Of a stretch of 64,000 bases of DNA, positions 37,733 to 47,800 are shown piece after piece. A program made the position numbers and the translations under genes. Source of the stretch: an uncultured Pseudomonadota bacterium (GTDB lineage Bacteria > Pseudomonadota > Gammaproteobacteria > Burkholderiales > JALYOK01). The stretch covers positions 107,726-171,725 of the forward strand of contig CADEHE010000009.1 of assembly GCA_902826775.1 (NCBI GenBank). The letters are read 5' to 3'. How positions within the stretch are numbered: position 1 is the stretch's first letter; every line of letters starts with the position of its first letter. Below the pieces are notes generated by a model. It had not been told where the DNA came from. It saw nothing but the letters and a program-made list of their open reading frames with translations, and did not search any database.

Positions 37733-37765
37733 GCCCGGGGACCTTGCGGTACAACCCGGGCTTTT
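37733..37765. terminator. bidirectional rho-independent terminator at the upstream edge of the tRNA array
   Basis: AAAAAGCCCGGGG...CCCGGGCTTTT perfect GC stem flanked by A/T runs. Confidence 0.5.
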
Positions 37766-38153
37766 GGTGTTCGATCAATTGATCGGTTACATCAAGTACT
37801 TCTCCCGAATTGCACACACGTATGCCGGCTCATCTCCGCTATTGAGCGCAAAGCCAGCGTCATGCGAACCCATACCTAACGGCTGGACGCACAAGGACGC
37901 GGCGGCGCGCTTTGCGGCGCGGTTCCGGTCTATGTTCATTGATGTCCTGTTCGTCAGCATGGTCGTGTTCGTGAAATTAAGGAGACGGCTCGTTCGTTAC
38001 GTCGCGCAAAGTGGCAGATGCCCAATCGGCGCGATGCTCAAGAAATGACATCGTAAGGGCTGAGTAACTCGCTGTCAAGCATTTTATGGAATATATTTTC
38101 AGATAATGCAATTTCTGCTACACTTCGCCCATCGATTTGTGAGGGTCGATACC

Positions 38154-38399
38154 ATGACATCTACTACTTCTACTAAGCCGCGCCGGCTCAAATGGCGCAC
38201 TCGTGTCGTGATGGCTGAGCGGGGCGTTCGCTCCGTTTCGGCCCTGCGCCGTCAACTCGAAGTTCTCGGCATCAAGATCTCGGATGCCCAGCTCGGGCGC
38301 ATCGTCGACGGTAAATCCAGTCACTTCAATTCAGCCGTACTCGGCGGGCTGCTTGCCGTGCTGAACTGCGGTCTTAGCGACTTGATCGCCGTTCGCTAG
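38154..38399 (+). CDS. helix-turn-helix (Cro/C1-like) domain protein
   Basis: 81 aa from MTSTTSTKPRR; HTH-like RSVSALRRQLEVLGIKISDAQLGRIVDG; followed by a terminator hairpin at 38405-38440. Confidence 0.45.
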   Translation: MTSTTSTKPRRLKWRTRVVMAERGVRSVSALRRQLEVLGIKISDAQLGRIVDGKSSHFNSAVLGGLLAVLNCGLSDLIAVR

Positions 38400-38740
38400 C
38401 CACAAGAAACAAAAAGCCCGGAGAGCTTTCGCTGTCCGGGCTTTGCGCGGCTATCTTGGTTGGTCGCTAGCGACTAACCTCCGGACTATGAGCAGCAAAG
38501 GCATCACCTGGGTGCTGCAGGGTGCCGACGGCGCCAGTTACGCCTAAGCTGAACGAGCGAATGCCTCGCAAACAATGCGATGGCCTCGTTGCTGATCTGT
38601 TTCTCTCGTACATAGCCGCGTATTCGGATGGTTGGTTGGTTCGTTTCAGCATAGCTGAATAGCGCAAGCTCGTGCTATCCAAAAACCCGGCCGATCACCG
38701 TTGATGCCGTCGGGGTGCTAGATCAGTATACCAATCCGGC

Positions 38741-39286
38741 ATGGCAACCGGCTTCTTCCCGCTTCAGTACGCGATCGCAGCCATTGCTGTTTGGCTCAAC
38801 CGCCAACAGCAAGAGGTGATCGACTATCTGAAGGAAAAGAACCGGCTACTCAAGGAGAAGCTCGACAACAAGCTTCGTTTCACCGACGCAGAGCGCCGGC
38901 GCTTAGCGGCCCGAGCGAAGTTGCTTGGCCGCAAGATTCTAGCCCAGCTCGATACGCTGGTCACGCCGGACACGCTGCTTCGCTGGCACCGAGAATTGAT
39001 CGCGCAGAAATGGAAGCAACTCCTCGAGCGCAAACCAGGTCGGCCGCGCACCAAGGAAATGATTGTGGCGCTGGTGCTTCGCTTGGCGCAGGAAAACTCT
39101 GGCTGGGGCTGCAGGCGTGTTCTCGGCGCGCTCAGTAATGTCGGCTACAAAGTTAGCCGCAGCACAATCGTCAACATCCTCGCGCTGAACGGCATCGATC
39201 CAGCACCGTTGCGCAGCAAGCGCACAACTTGGTCGACTTTCCTTAAGGCGCACTGGAAGATACTGAAGCTGGATCGTGCGGGTTGA
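38741..39286 (+). pseudogene. transposase N-terminal fragment (IS481/IS3-like HTH region, no DDE domain)
   Basis: GRPRTKEMIVALVLRLAQENSGWGCRRVLGALSNVGYKVSRSTIVNIL resembles the HTH N-terminus of integrase-core transposases; the ORF ends after 181 aa without a catalytic domain. Confidence 0.5.
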
Positions 39287-39554
39287 TCGGCTCGCGACGG
39301 TCGCTGAGCAGGCGAGTTGAATGGCCGCTCTGTGACGATGAGCCTCTAGCTCTTTTTGCACGCATTGACGACAGCTTTTTGCCGCTGATTTCGATTCAGG
39401 TCACCGCATAAAGGCGAATGGATTGTGCTACACGGTTTGGTTGAGTCATCTCGAGACGCGCTGCGTACGTCCCGTTTTCATTGATATATGTCAAAAAGTT
39501 TGATGTGGATCTCGGAGATCATTCAAATGCCCTTTAAGAACAAGGAACCAAAGC

Positions 39555-40232
39555 ATGATGAACTCTCGATTTGTCAGTCTAGGCACCAGGATATTCGTAC
39601 TAATAACGCTTGTGCTTGCGGTGGCTAGAGCAGGCGCTACGACTATCATCATAGTCAGCGGGACAATTACTGGCGACAGCAGGAGTGTGCCTCACACGGG
39701 CGAGAGTTATGTGGCGACGTTTTATTTCAATCTTTCGCAAGACACAGACATCTGTGCCCTTAACTTATGCGCCCCGAATCAAACTTACGACTATCGAGGC
39801 GGGGGCGCATTTAACACGAATCAATCGGATGGCATGACGCTGAACGTGCAAGGTCATCAACTGATCGGGTTTCCGACAACGACTGGCTCACTGTTAACTC
39901 AGTTCGTAGCAGGAGGCCTCGATTTCATTAGCATTCACATGAATCAGGTTCTTAGCAATGGCGACTTGTACAAGATCAATGCCGACTCGATTGCAATTTC
40001 CGATCCGCAACACCTTTATTCCCACTCTTTCCCTCCTCCGGGCACTTATCTAAATCAATTGAGCCCAAGCCAAAATCAACAACTCATGTATCTGGCAACA
40101 CCTGAAGACGAAATGTATGGAACGATCACGTCCATAACGTTTGTACCAGAACCCAGCAGCATAAGTCTTGTTCTCTTGACTCTTGCGGCAACACGGATGC
40201 GACAGCTTAGATCCCGCTACAAGAAACGATGA
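39555..40232 (+). CDS. PEP-CTERM sorting domain protein
   Basis: Signal peptide; C-terminal VPEPSSISLVLLTLAATRMRQLRSRYKKR; GC lower than the host. Confidence 0.65.
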   Translation: MMNSRFVSLGTRIFVLITLVLAVARAGATTIIIVSGTITGDSRSVPHTGESYVATFYFNLSQDTDICALNLCAPNQTYDYRGGGAFNTNQSDGMTLNVQGHQLIGFPTTTGSLLTQFVAGGLDFISIHMNQVLSNGDLYKINADSIAISDPQHLYSHSFPPPGTYLNQLSPSQNQQLMYLATPEDEMYGTITSITFVPEPSSISLVLLTLAATRMRQLRSRYKKR

Positions 40233-40292
40233 GCTAGGTCTGATATTGCCGCGTCGGGCGGCTAGTTGCGAACTTAAGAGGAGGCGCGCAAT

Positions 40293-43200
40293 TTAGCTGC
40301 CGCGAAGCGGAATGATCTCCGCGTAGACCAAGCGTTCGTCCACCGCGATGCGATCGTGCGGCGTGCCGCCTAAATTGGCGCGCTCGATGCGGTCACTGTA
40401 GTAGCGCTCGTACTCGCGCACCATCAGCCGTAGTGGTTGGTCGGCCAAGTTCGCCGGGATTGCCACGCTGCGGTCGAAGATCGGCGCCAGCTGCGCGCTG
40501 GCGCCGGGCGTGATCTCGACTTGCGCAGCTGTGACGCCGCCAGCCGCGCCGAGCACAACGCCGGCAAGCAGCGTAGGCCGGCTCGGCGCCGTGCCGGCAA
40601 CAGCGAAGACCCCCGTCTCCTCCAAGCGCGGTGACGCAACGCTAGTCGCTCCGAGCGCAACGCCCAAATCGGTCACCGGCGTGAGCACCGAAGGCGCACC
40701 GCCTTGCGGCGTGGCATCAGCCCACACCGCGGTGCCAGGCACATCGTGCCACGCCAAGTCAGAATCGATCTGCGCGTCGCGCGTTTGCAGCACGGCTTCG
40801 ATGCGATTCTTGTGCGCGTCGCCGGTAGGGATCGACGGCGAGAACGACAGTCCGATCCAAATCTGCTCGCCTTGCGGTGCCTTCACGCTGCCAGTCTCGG
40901 GCGCCAGGCCGTAGACTTTCACGCCGAGCGCGGTGCCGTCGGCGGCGGGTTGGACGTACAAGTTACGGTGCGGCGCGACTTGCGCGAACTCCGCCAGCGC
41001 CACTTGCGAGATGCGGGCCTGTGCCAACGCGTTCGGCTGGTATCGCACCAGCGCTAAGCGAACGAAGGGAAAATAGCTGGCGAGGCTGATGTCGATATCA
41101 CAGAACCAGCGCCGGTTAGCGCCATCCCACTCAACGCGGTGACCGGCGATGTCGACATTGGCGCCGAACTCTTCGAGCCACACATTGTGCTCGCTGTATA
41201 CCCCGCGCGGGAAGGCGGTAGGACGCGGCCAATTTGCCGTGATCCCGGAGTTGAACAACGGATCGACGCCCCACAGCGTGACGAAGGGCTTGGCAGTGTT
41301 GGGCAGTTGCGCCATCGCTTGAGTAGGTAGCGCTACGCCTAGCAATTCGCCGTCACCGGAGGAGAACCACGGGCGCTCGAGGTACACGCGCAGACCGCCG
41401 CCGCGGCGCGAGCTCACGTAGCTTCCGTCGGCGGCGGGAAATTGGCGTGACCAGCCGAAGGTCGGCAGGACATACTGAATCTTCGGCGCTACCGGGCGCG
41501 CACTTGCGCGCACCATCACGCCGAACTTTGCCGCACCGGCGTCAGGCAATACCGGCGCGCCAGGATCATCTCCCGAGCCGAACTTAACATTAATGCCGTC
41601 AAAAGGATCGCCTTCGCGGATTAGATTCTTTACTTCGTCGGTGAGTTTCACCGGGAAGAATTCGCGGAAGCGCGTCGTGGCCACCAGGCGGTAGCGAATC
41701 AAGCGAAACTTGGTGTCGCCGAACTCATGCACGTCGCCGCGCACTTGCTTGTCTGCCAAGCCGTTGGGCGCGGCGATTTCGCCGAGATCGAACACGTTCT
41801 TGAAGTTCTCCGGCAGACGCACCGGCGCCAGGCGCACGCTCGCAGCAATGCGCCGCGGTGCGGGTTCGGCCAGATCGTCGATCCATTCGCTCCACTCACC
41901 CAGCACTTCGACTTGGCCGGTCGACGGCCCATGCAGGCGCACTTGAGTGCGCAGCCGCGCGTTGGTTGCGCCCATTGCACGGCTCGTCGCGATCAGCAAG
42001 AACTGCGGGGCGCATACCGGCTGTTGCGTAGCGTGCGTCAGCGTTAAGTCACGATGCGGCGCAATCATCCAATGGCTGCCCGCGAGCGCGTAGCGCCAGG
42101 CGTTGTCGCGCTGTGCGGCGTTCTCGATCCAGTCGAGCACGCCGAAGTGATCGAGCGTGTCTTTGCGCGGGACGCTGGCGTAGCGCACACGCGCGATGCG
42201 CCCTTTGGCCAGAAACACAGTGAGCACGCGCGCTTGCGCATCCCAACTGGGCGCACCGTCATCGGCAAATGCCTCCGCGCAAACGCTCGCGTCTAGCGCC
42301 GCGCCGCGCTCGACTACATGCAAGCGCAAGCCGCGCGCGTCGGGCCACGCCTGATCGTAGTCGACGATGAGCACGAGTTCTTGGTTCGGCAGACGCTCGA
42401 TGCGGGCGCCCTCACCAAGGGCTCCTTCCGCACTTACGCCGGGTAGGCCGCGAAACACGACGCCGCCCGCAGCTACATCGGGCAAGTAGGGCACTACCAA
42501 CTGCGCTTCGCGATGAACAAAGTACTGCCCGCCGCTTAACCGATCGCCGCTCGGATTGGTTTCACTCGGCGCGGCGATGGGCAGATCGGCTTTGGTGACG
42601 CCGCGCGCGCTCGGCGGCGTAACGAGTTCGACCTGGCCGCTCGTTACATCCTGCAATGATCCCGCTTCGCGCGCTGCGATGTCGTACCCCTCCTGCACCT
42701 GAGCGCTGTTGGCGGGCTGGCCGATGGCGGCGTCGAATGCGCCGTGCGTTTCGGCCATGAGTTGCGATGTTTTGGGCGGCGCGAAGTGGCGCGCGGCAAA
42801 ATCGCGGTACTCGAAAAAATCCTCACGCGTGGAACTAAAGGGCTCGGTCTGCAAGTAAGCAGCCGGATCGGAGTCGAAGTTGCTGCGCACGACCAAGTGT
42901 TCGATCGATTCACCCTCGGACACTTTCGCATCGAGCACGACCACCGGCGGATCGAGCGGCTCGAAGCGTTGATAGCGCACTCGCTCGCTGGCGTAGTTAT
43001 CGTCGCCCTCTTTGATATTGATGCTATTGCCAGCCAAATCGACGCAGCGCGCGCGCATGCGATAGCCGCGTCCGAAGCGCAGGCGCGGCAATGAGCCTGG
43101 CGCGACCCGGAACTGGGCGATGATGCCGCTGCCTTGCTTAGCCTCGTCTTTCACCTCTGTCACGCGCTCGCCTTGCGCAGCGTTGTCGGCGTCCGCTACT

Positions 43201-44873
43201 GGCACCAGCGTGCGGCCCGGGCGTGGGACGGCCAAGCTCCAGCCGTTCCACTTGAACAGGGTCTCGTGCAAGTAGTGATTGTTGTCATCATTCTCGTTCG
43301 ACGTGGTCGAGGCGCCTTTGACGTAGCCCTCGTCGACTTCTTCCGGCATGGCGATCGGCGTGCCGTCCTGCAGGCGGTAGCTGCCCACGCGCTGCATGAG
43401 CGAACGCCAGTTGCCATCGTCGATGTCGACACGGTAACCGCGCAGCACGTCTTCTGCGAAGAGCGGCGCGGGCGTCGCGTTGCTTTCGATCTGTTGGTTC
43501 AACTGCGCAGCGTTCAAGCTTTGCTGCGCCGTGCGCAACGCGCGGCCATGGCGCGATAATGCCAAGCCGCCGCTGCGTAGCGCTGCTAAGCCAGTGTCAT
43601 TCGGCGTCGTGTAGGCAGCCTGTGCGTAGATCACGGAATCGGGGCTGCTCTCTTGCATTTGCGCGGGCAGGCGCTGCACCAGCGTGCGCAGCAGGCTGAT
43701 GGTTTGGTTGACTGTCTTCAACGCCGCGCCGTCGGGATCGACTTGACTCAAGTCGAACAGATGTTTTTCATTGGCATAGCGATCGTTGGTGTCGGTCAAA
43801 CGCAACTGTCCCCGCTCGATTTCCTCAGAGTTGCGCGCGCGCATCGTGAAGCGGTCGGCATACAAGCTGATCGCCACGACCGGCGTCACATCGGTTTGGT
43901 TCAGCACGTGGTTCGGCAACAGCTTAGGCAGCAAGCGCATGGTGCCGAGCGGGAACGGCGCCGGGGTTTTGAACTCGATGTCGATGATCAGCCCTAGTGC
44001 ACGCAAGATCTGCGGCATATCGGCTAGTGCGGCAACCTTGCGATGGAAATCGAACTTTGGTTGCGCCGGCGGCGGCGGGACTTGGGTGCGATCGGGGTAG
44101 CGCAGGTAGTCGGGCTTGTTCTCCACGCGCGAGTAGAAGCGGTTGGCTTGGTAGAAATCAAACTCGGCGCGCGTGGCGAAAAGGCTGGTCGGATAGTTCG
44201 ATGAATTCGGATTGAATGCGCGCGGCTTGCGCGCTGCAATCGGCGCATTGAGATCGGCTTCCGCGCCGAACAACTGGCGGTTGATGGTTTGGTCCAGTTT
44301 GTCGCGCTGCTCCTTGCTGCCAAAAAAGCGCTCAAAACCGGAGTGGATCGGCGCATGCGGTCGCTCGGCGTTGTACGCGCGCTCAAACTCGCGCATGACC
44401 GTGCTGCGATCGATGCCAAGCTCGCCCAGCATATTAGTGAGCGCGCTATCGGCCTGATCGAACGGCAGCAGCTGCGGCAGTTTATCCGGCGCCGGCGCAG
44501 CGGCAAGCGTACCGTAGTGGCGGCGCGTGAAGTTCATGATCGCTCGCACCTGATATGAGTGCAAGCGCGGCAAACTCATATCCTTGAACTGAAATCCTTC
44601 GACGAAGGTGTCGGTGGGAAATACACTGCGCCACAGATCGCTGTCGGGGTTGGTGGCTACTTTGACTTCGAGCGCTTGGCCGTTGATTTCGACCTCGAAA
44701 CTCATGTTACTCAAGGTGCGCGGCCAATCGAGCCACTCGTCAAACGCGCCGAGCGTTTGTTCGTTAGCACTCTCCGGTGTCAGGCGCGGCGAAACCACGA
44801 TCGAGGCGCGCAATCGCCCCGGTTTGCCGTAGCCATTTGGCAATACTGGCCAAAGGATCTTTTGCTTAGCCAT
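40293..44873 (-). CDS. giant hypothetical protein (1526 aa)
   Basis: Uninterrupted ORF with host-like GC, 16 bp downstream of a second giant ORF on the same strand; no family recognised. Confidence 0.6.
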   Translation of the reverse strand: MAKQKILWPVLPNGYGKPGRLRASIVVSPRLTPESANEQTLGAFDEWLDWPRTLSNMSFEVEINGQALEVKVATNPDSDLWRSVFPTDTFVEGFQFKDMSLPRLHSYQVRAIMNFTRRHYGTLAAAPAPDKLPQLLPFDQADSALTNMLGELGIDRSTVMREFERAYNAERPHAPIHSGFERFFGSKEQRDKLDQTINRQLFGAEADLNAPIAARKPRAFNPNSSNYPTSLFATRAEFDFYQANRFYSRVENKPDYLRYPDRTQVPPPPAQPKFDFHRKVAALADMPQILRALGLIIDIEFKTPAPFPLGTMRLLPKLLPNHVLNQTDVTPVVAISLYADRFTMRARNSEEIERGQLRLTDTNDRYANEKHLFDLSQVDPDGAALKTVNQTISLLRTLVQRLPAQMQESSPDSVIYAQAAYTTPNDTGLAALRSGGLALSRHGRALRTAQQSLNAAQLNQQIESNATPAPLFAEDVLRGYRVDIDDGNWRSLMQRVGSYRLQDGTPIAMPEEVDEGYVKGASTTSNENDDNNHYLHETLFKWNGWSLAVPRPGRTLVPVADADNAAQGERVTEVKDEAKQGSGIIAQFRVAPGSLPRLRFGRGYRMRARCVDLAGNSINIKEGDDNYASERVRYQRFEPLDPPVVVLDAKVSEGESIEHLVVRSNFDSDPAAYLQTEPFSSTREDFFEYRDFAARHFAPPKTSQLMAETHGAFDAAIGQPANSAQVQEGYDIAAREAGSLQDVTSGQVELVTPPSARGVTKADLPIAAPSETNPSGDRLSGGQYFVHREAQLVVPYLPDVAAGGVVFRGLPGVSAEGALGEGARIERLPNQELVLIVDYDQAWPDARGLRLHVVERGAALDASVCAEAFADDGAPSWDAQARVLTVFLAKGRIARVRYASVPRKDTLDHFGVLDWIENAAQRDNAWRYALAGSHWMIAPHRDLTLTHATQQPVCAPQFLLIATSRAMGATNARLRTQVRLHGPSTGQVEVLGEWSEWIDDLAEPAPRRIAASVRLAPVRLPENFKNVFDLGEIAAPNGLADKQVRGDVHEFGDTKFRLIRYRLVATTRFREFFPVKLTDEVKNLIREGDPFDGINVKFGSGDDPGAPVLPDAGAAKFGVMVRASARPVAPKIQYVLPTFGWSRQFPAADGSYVSSRRGGGLRVYLERPWFSSGDGELLGVALPTQAMAQLPNTAKPFVTLWGVDPLFNSGITANWPRPTAFPRGVYSEHNVWLEEFGANVDIAGHRVEWDGANRRWFCDIDISLASYFPFVRLALVRYQPNALAQARISQVALAEFAQVAPHRNLYVQPAADGTALGVKVYGLAPETGSVKAPQGEQIWIGLSFSPSIPTGDAHKNRIEAVLQTRDAQIDSDLAWHDVPGTAVWADATPQGGAPSVLTPVTDLGVALGATSVASPRLEETGVFAVAGTAPSRPTLLAGVVLGAAGGVTAAQVEITPGASAQLAPIFDRSVAIPANLADQPLRLMVREYERYYSDRIERANLGGTPHDRIAVDERLVYAEIIPLRGS

Positions 44874-44889
44874 ATTGGATCAGCCTTTC

Positions 44890-47800
44890 CTAAGCAAACG
44901 CTTCGCAGTATGTGGCCCAGGGCGACTCGGCCACGCTCTGCCCGACGCTCGGGCCTACGAGTGCAACGAAAGTCGGATCGCCATTCGAGCCGGCGAACTT
45001 GCGCTCAGCGGAAACGGTCACGCTCATCGAGAACATGAAGATTTCGATCTCGATGGTGAGTTGTGCGCGCCCGACGCACTTGCCGCTGGCGAACTCGTAG
45101 CGCAACTCCAAATACAATTCGATCGAGGCCGAGATCAGGCCGAGTACATCGACGTAGCCACCCAAGCGGAAGTAGCCGGTTAGCGAGGCTTCGTCTTGTT
45201 CCATGCGGAAATACACGCCGGCCATGACGTGCACACCGCCGGAGGCGACGCCGAGATCGACGGAGATCGAGGCGCCGAACTCGAATGCCGCCTCCAACAC
45301 TTGCACGCCACCCGGATCGAGCGTAATGCCGAAAAAGCCGCCGCCGCCAAATAGTGTGACGGTCAACAAAAACGGCTTGTGCCGTTCGCAGAAAAAGAAT
45401 CGTACCGACAGCGGTTCGCCGATGAATGGCACGGTAAAGCCGGCGCCGAGGCTCAGGTTCTGCAAGCTGAACATGCCCACCGCGATGCCGGGCAGTGCCA
45501 TCGAAAAATTGGCGTCGATGCCTCTTTCCGAAATGTCCAGCGACGGCGGATCGGAAAACCCGTCGAGCGGAATCAAATCGCGCAGCGTTTCCACGAACGA
45601 CAACACGCCGATGAAGCGGATGTCGCGCAGCAGCACGTCTACGTTCATTTTGGCGCCGGCGTCGACGCTGAAACCGATGCGCTCAAAGTCGATTTCGATG
45701 AACCCGTTTTCCTGCCCAATCAAAACTAGCGAGAAGTTTGACAAGGCGCAGCTGACTTGCCCCTTTGGCGCGCCGCCGGTTTTCTTAACGCGCGCTTCAG
45801 CGGCGAGCACGAAAGCGCGCTTGTCGTGCGGCACGAACAGCGGATCGGCCTTAGGCCAGGGCTTGATTTCGGGCACCCATTCCAGACGCACTTTGATCTC
45901 TTCGCCGAACAATGCGTCCAAGAACTGCGGCAGCGCGGCGAGCAGCGCGCTGAGCGCTTCGCACAGGTGCAGCAGATTGTCTTTAAGCGCGCCTTCGAGC
46001 AATTGCGCGGGTTTTAGTGCCACAGCAAAATTGTCGATGTCGGTCTTGAGCAGCGGCAACTGCACGTTGGCGAAAGCGGAATCCGACAGCAGCTTGGAAA
46101 AATTACCGGGGTCGAGTATCAAGTCAGCCAGGCGCAGCGCCAAGGGCTGCGCCGCACCGGCTAGCGGCGGCAGTTGCGCGAACGTGCCAAGCGCGCTTTG
46201 CAGCGCATCGAGCTTGCTGGTGATGGACTGGCGGTTGAACACCGGCAAGCCGGGCGCGTTGGCGTCGCTAACTGTTTGCCGCACGGCGCTGATCAATGCT
46301 TGCAAATCGCTCACTTGCTGCGCGAGAGCGGCCGGGTTATCGAGCAGCGTGCCGGCGGCGGCGATCACCTGATCCAGCTTGGTGTTGAGGTTGGCAAGCG
46401 CTTGGTTGACGGCTGTCAGATTGTTTTGCGCGTTGGCGGTGAGATTTTTGATTTCCTGCGCAACCACATCGCGCAGCGCGGCGACGGCCCGCTGCAGCGC
46501 CTGCGCGATCATCTCGCCGATGAGGGCCTTGAGGCCATCGACATCGCCCAGCAGTTTTTGCAAGTCGCCGACGAAGTTCTCGATCTGCGTGGCAGCTTCG
46601 GAAATAAACTTGGGAAATTTCTTCAGTCCGTCGCTACTGTCGAGGCCGGCCACTTCGACGACGATATCCCACAGGTTGATCACGCCGAACAACTTCGGCG
46701 AGAGGGTGCTGAAGAATTCCTTCGGGTTGAACTTGCCCGCCGCCATCTCATCGAGATTGGCCGGCGTCGAACTAGAGATCGGTCCGAGCGTGCGCGATAG
46801 CGCTTTTGGCGTGAGATTTGGCTGCACGAACCCACCGGATTTATCGCCCTGCTTACTGAAATCGAGTTTGCTGTCGCCGCCAGTGACTTCGAGAAATACT
46901 TCGTTGTCGTTGCTGCCGCCGCCGAACGGCGTGGCGCGCGTCAAGTATGGTTTGTAGTAGCGCATGAAGCTCGGTGCGCTGGAGCCGGTGAGGTGCTGCG
47001 CAGCGGGGATACACGCGCCTGTGGCCTCGATAAATGGATAAAACTTGATCGGATCTTTGCTGTCCGGATACGCGCCGAGGTTCTTGGTAAAGGCATTGAA
47101 CACCAGCGCGTGCGTATCGCACGCCGTGTCGCCGGGACTGCGCGGCGGTGCGTAGGCGAGCTTTTGACCGTTTAACTGCGCGGTACGCCGCTCGGTGAAG
47201 ACGGGCGTGTTGGTCGTGTAGAACGTGGCCGCTTGCTCGACGCCGCCCGGCGTATTGAGTTTGACGTTATCGATGAACACCAGCGGCAGGGCGAACTGCA
47301 CTCGGCGGCCTTCGAGATCCACAGCTACGATATCGAAGGGGAGCGGTTTGCCAAGCACGAAGGGGCGGAACAAAGATTGCCCGCCCTGCGTGATGTCCGC
47401 GCTCTCCGGCGGATCGAGATTCGGCGTGACCGTGGTGAGCAACTGCACCGACACAAACGGAAACTGGCGGTGATAACGCAAGGGGTCGGGCGCGGCGCCG
47501 TCGTTCCACTTTTCTGCATCTGCATCGTGCGCAAAGGTACGCAGCGGCTCGCGCACGATGATGTACATGCGTTGCCGCAGGATCGCCGGCGTGCCGGGTT
47601 CGGCGAAATGAAACTTGCGCTCGGTGACTTTGACCAATGAGGCGCGATGGCCGAATGGGAACAGCACGCCTTTGTACACAACTTTCACGTAGTGATCGCG
47701 CGCTTGCGTAGCACCATGCACCCACTCTTGCACTGAAAGGCTGGCCGGTGGCTGCCAGGTGCCGCGCGCGTCGAACCAGGCACCGAGACTGGTGAGCATC

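Noticed and set aside
35389-37879. Plus-strand ORFs inside the right half of the array (35389..35805, 36327..36647, 36684..36971, 37329..38048, 37439..37879)
   Set aside because: Same reason as the left half: they overlap tRNA genes on the opposite strand and have no SD and no recognisable domains
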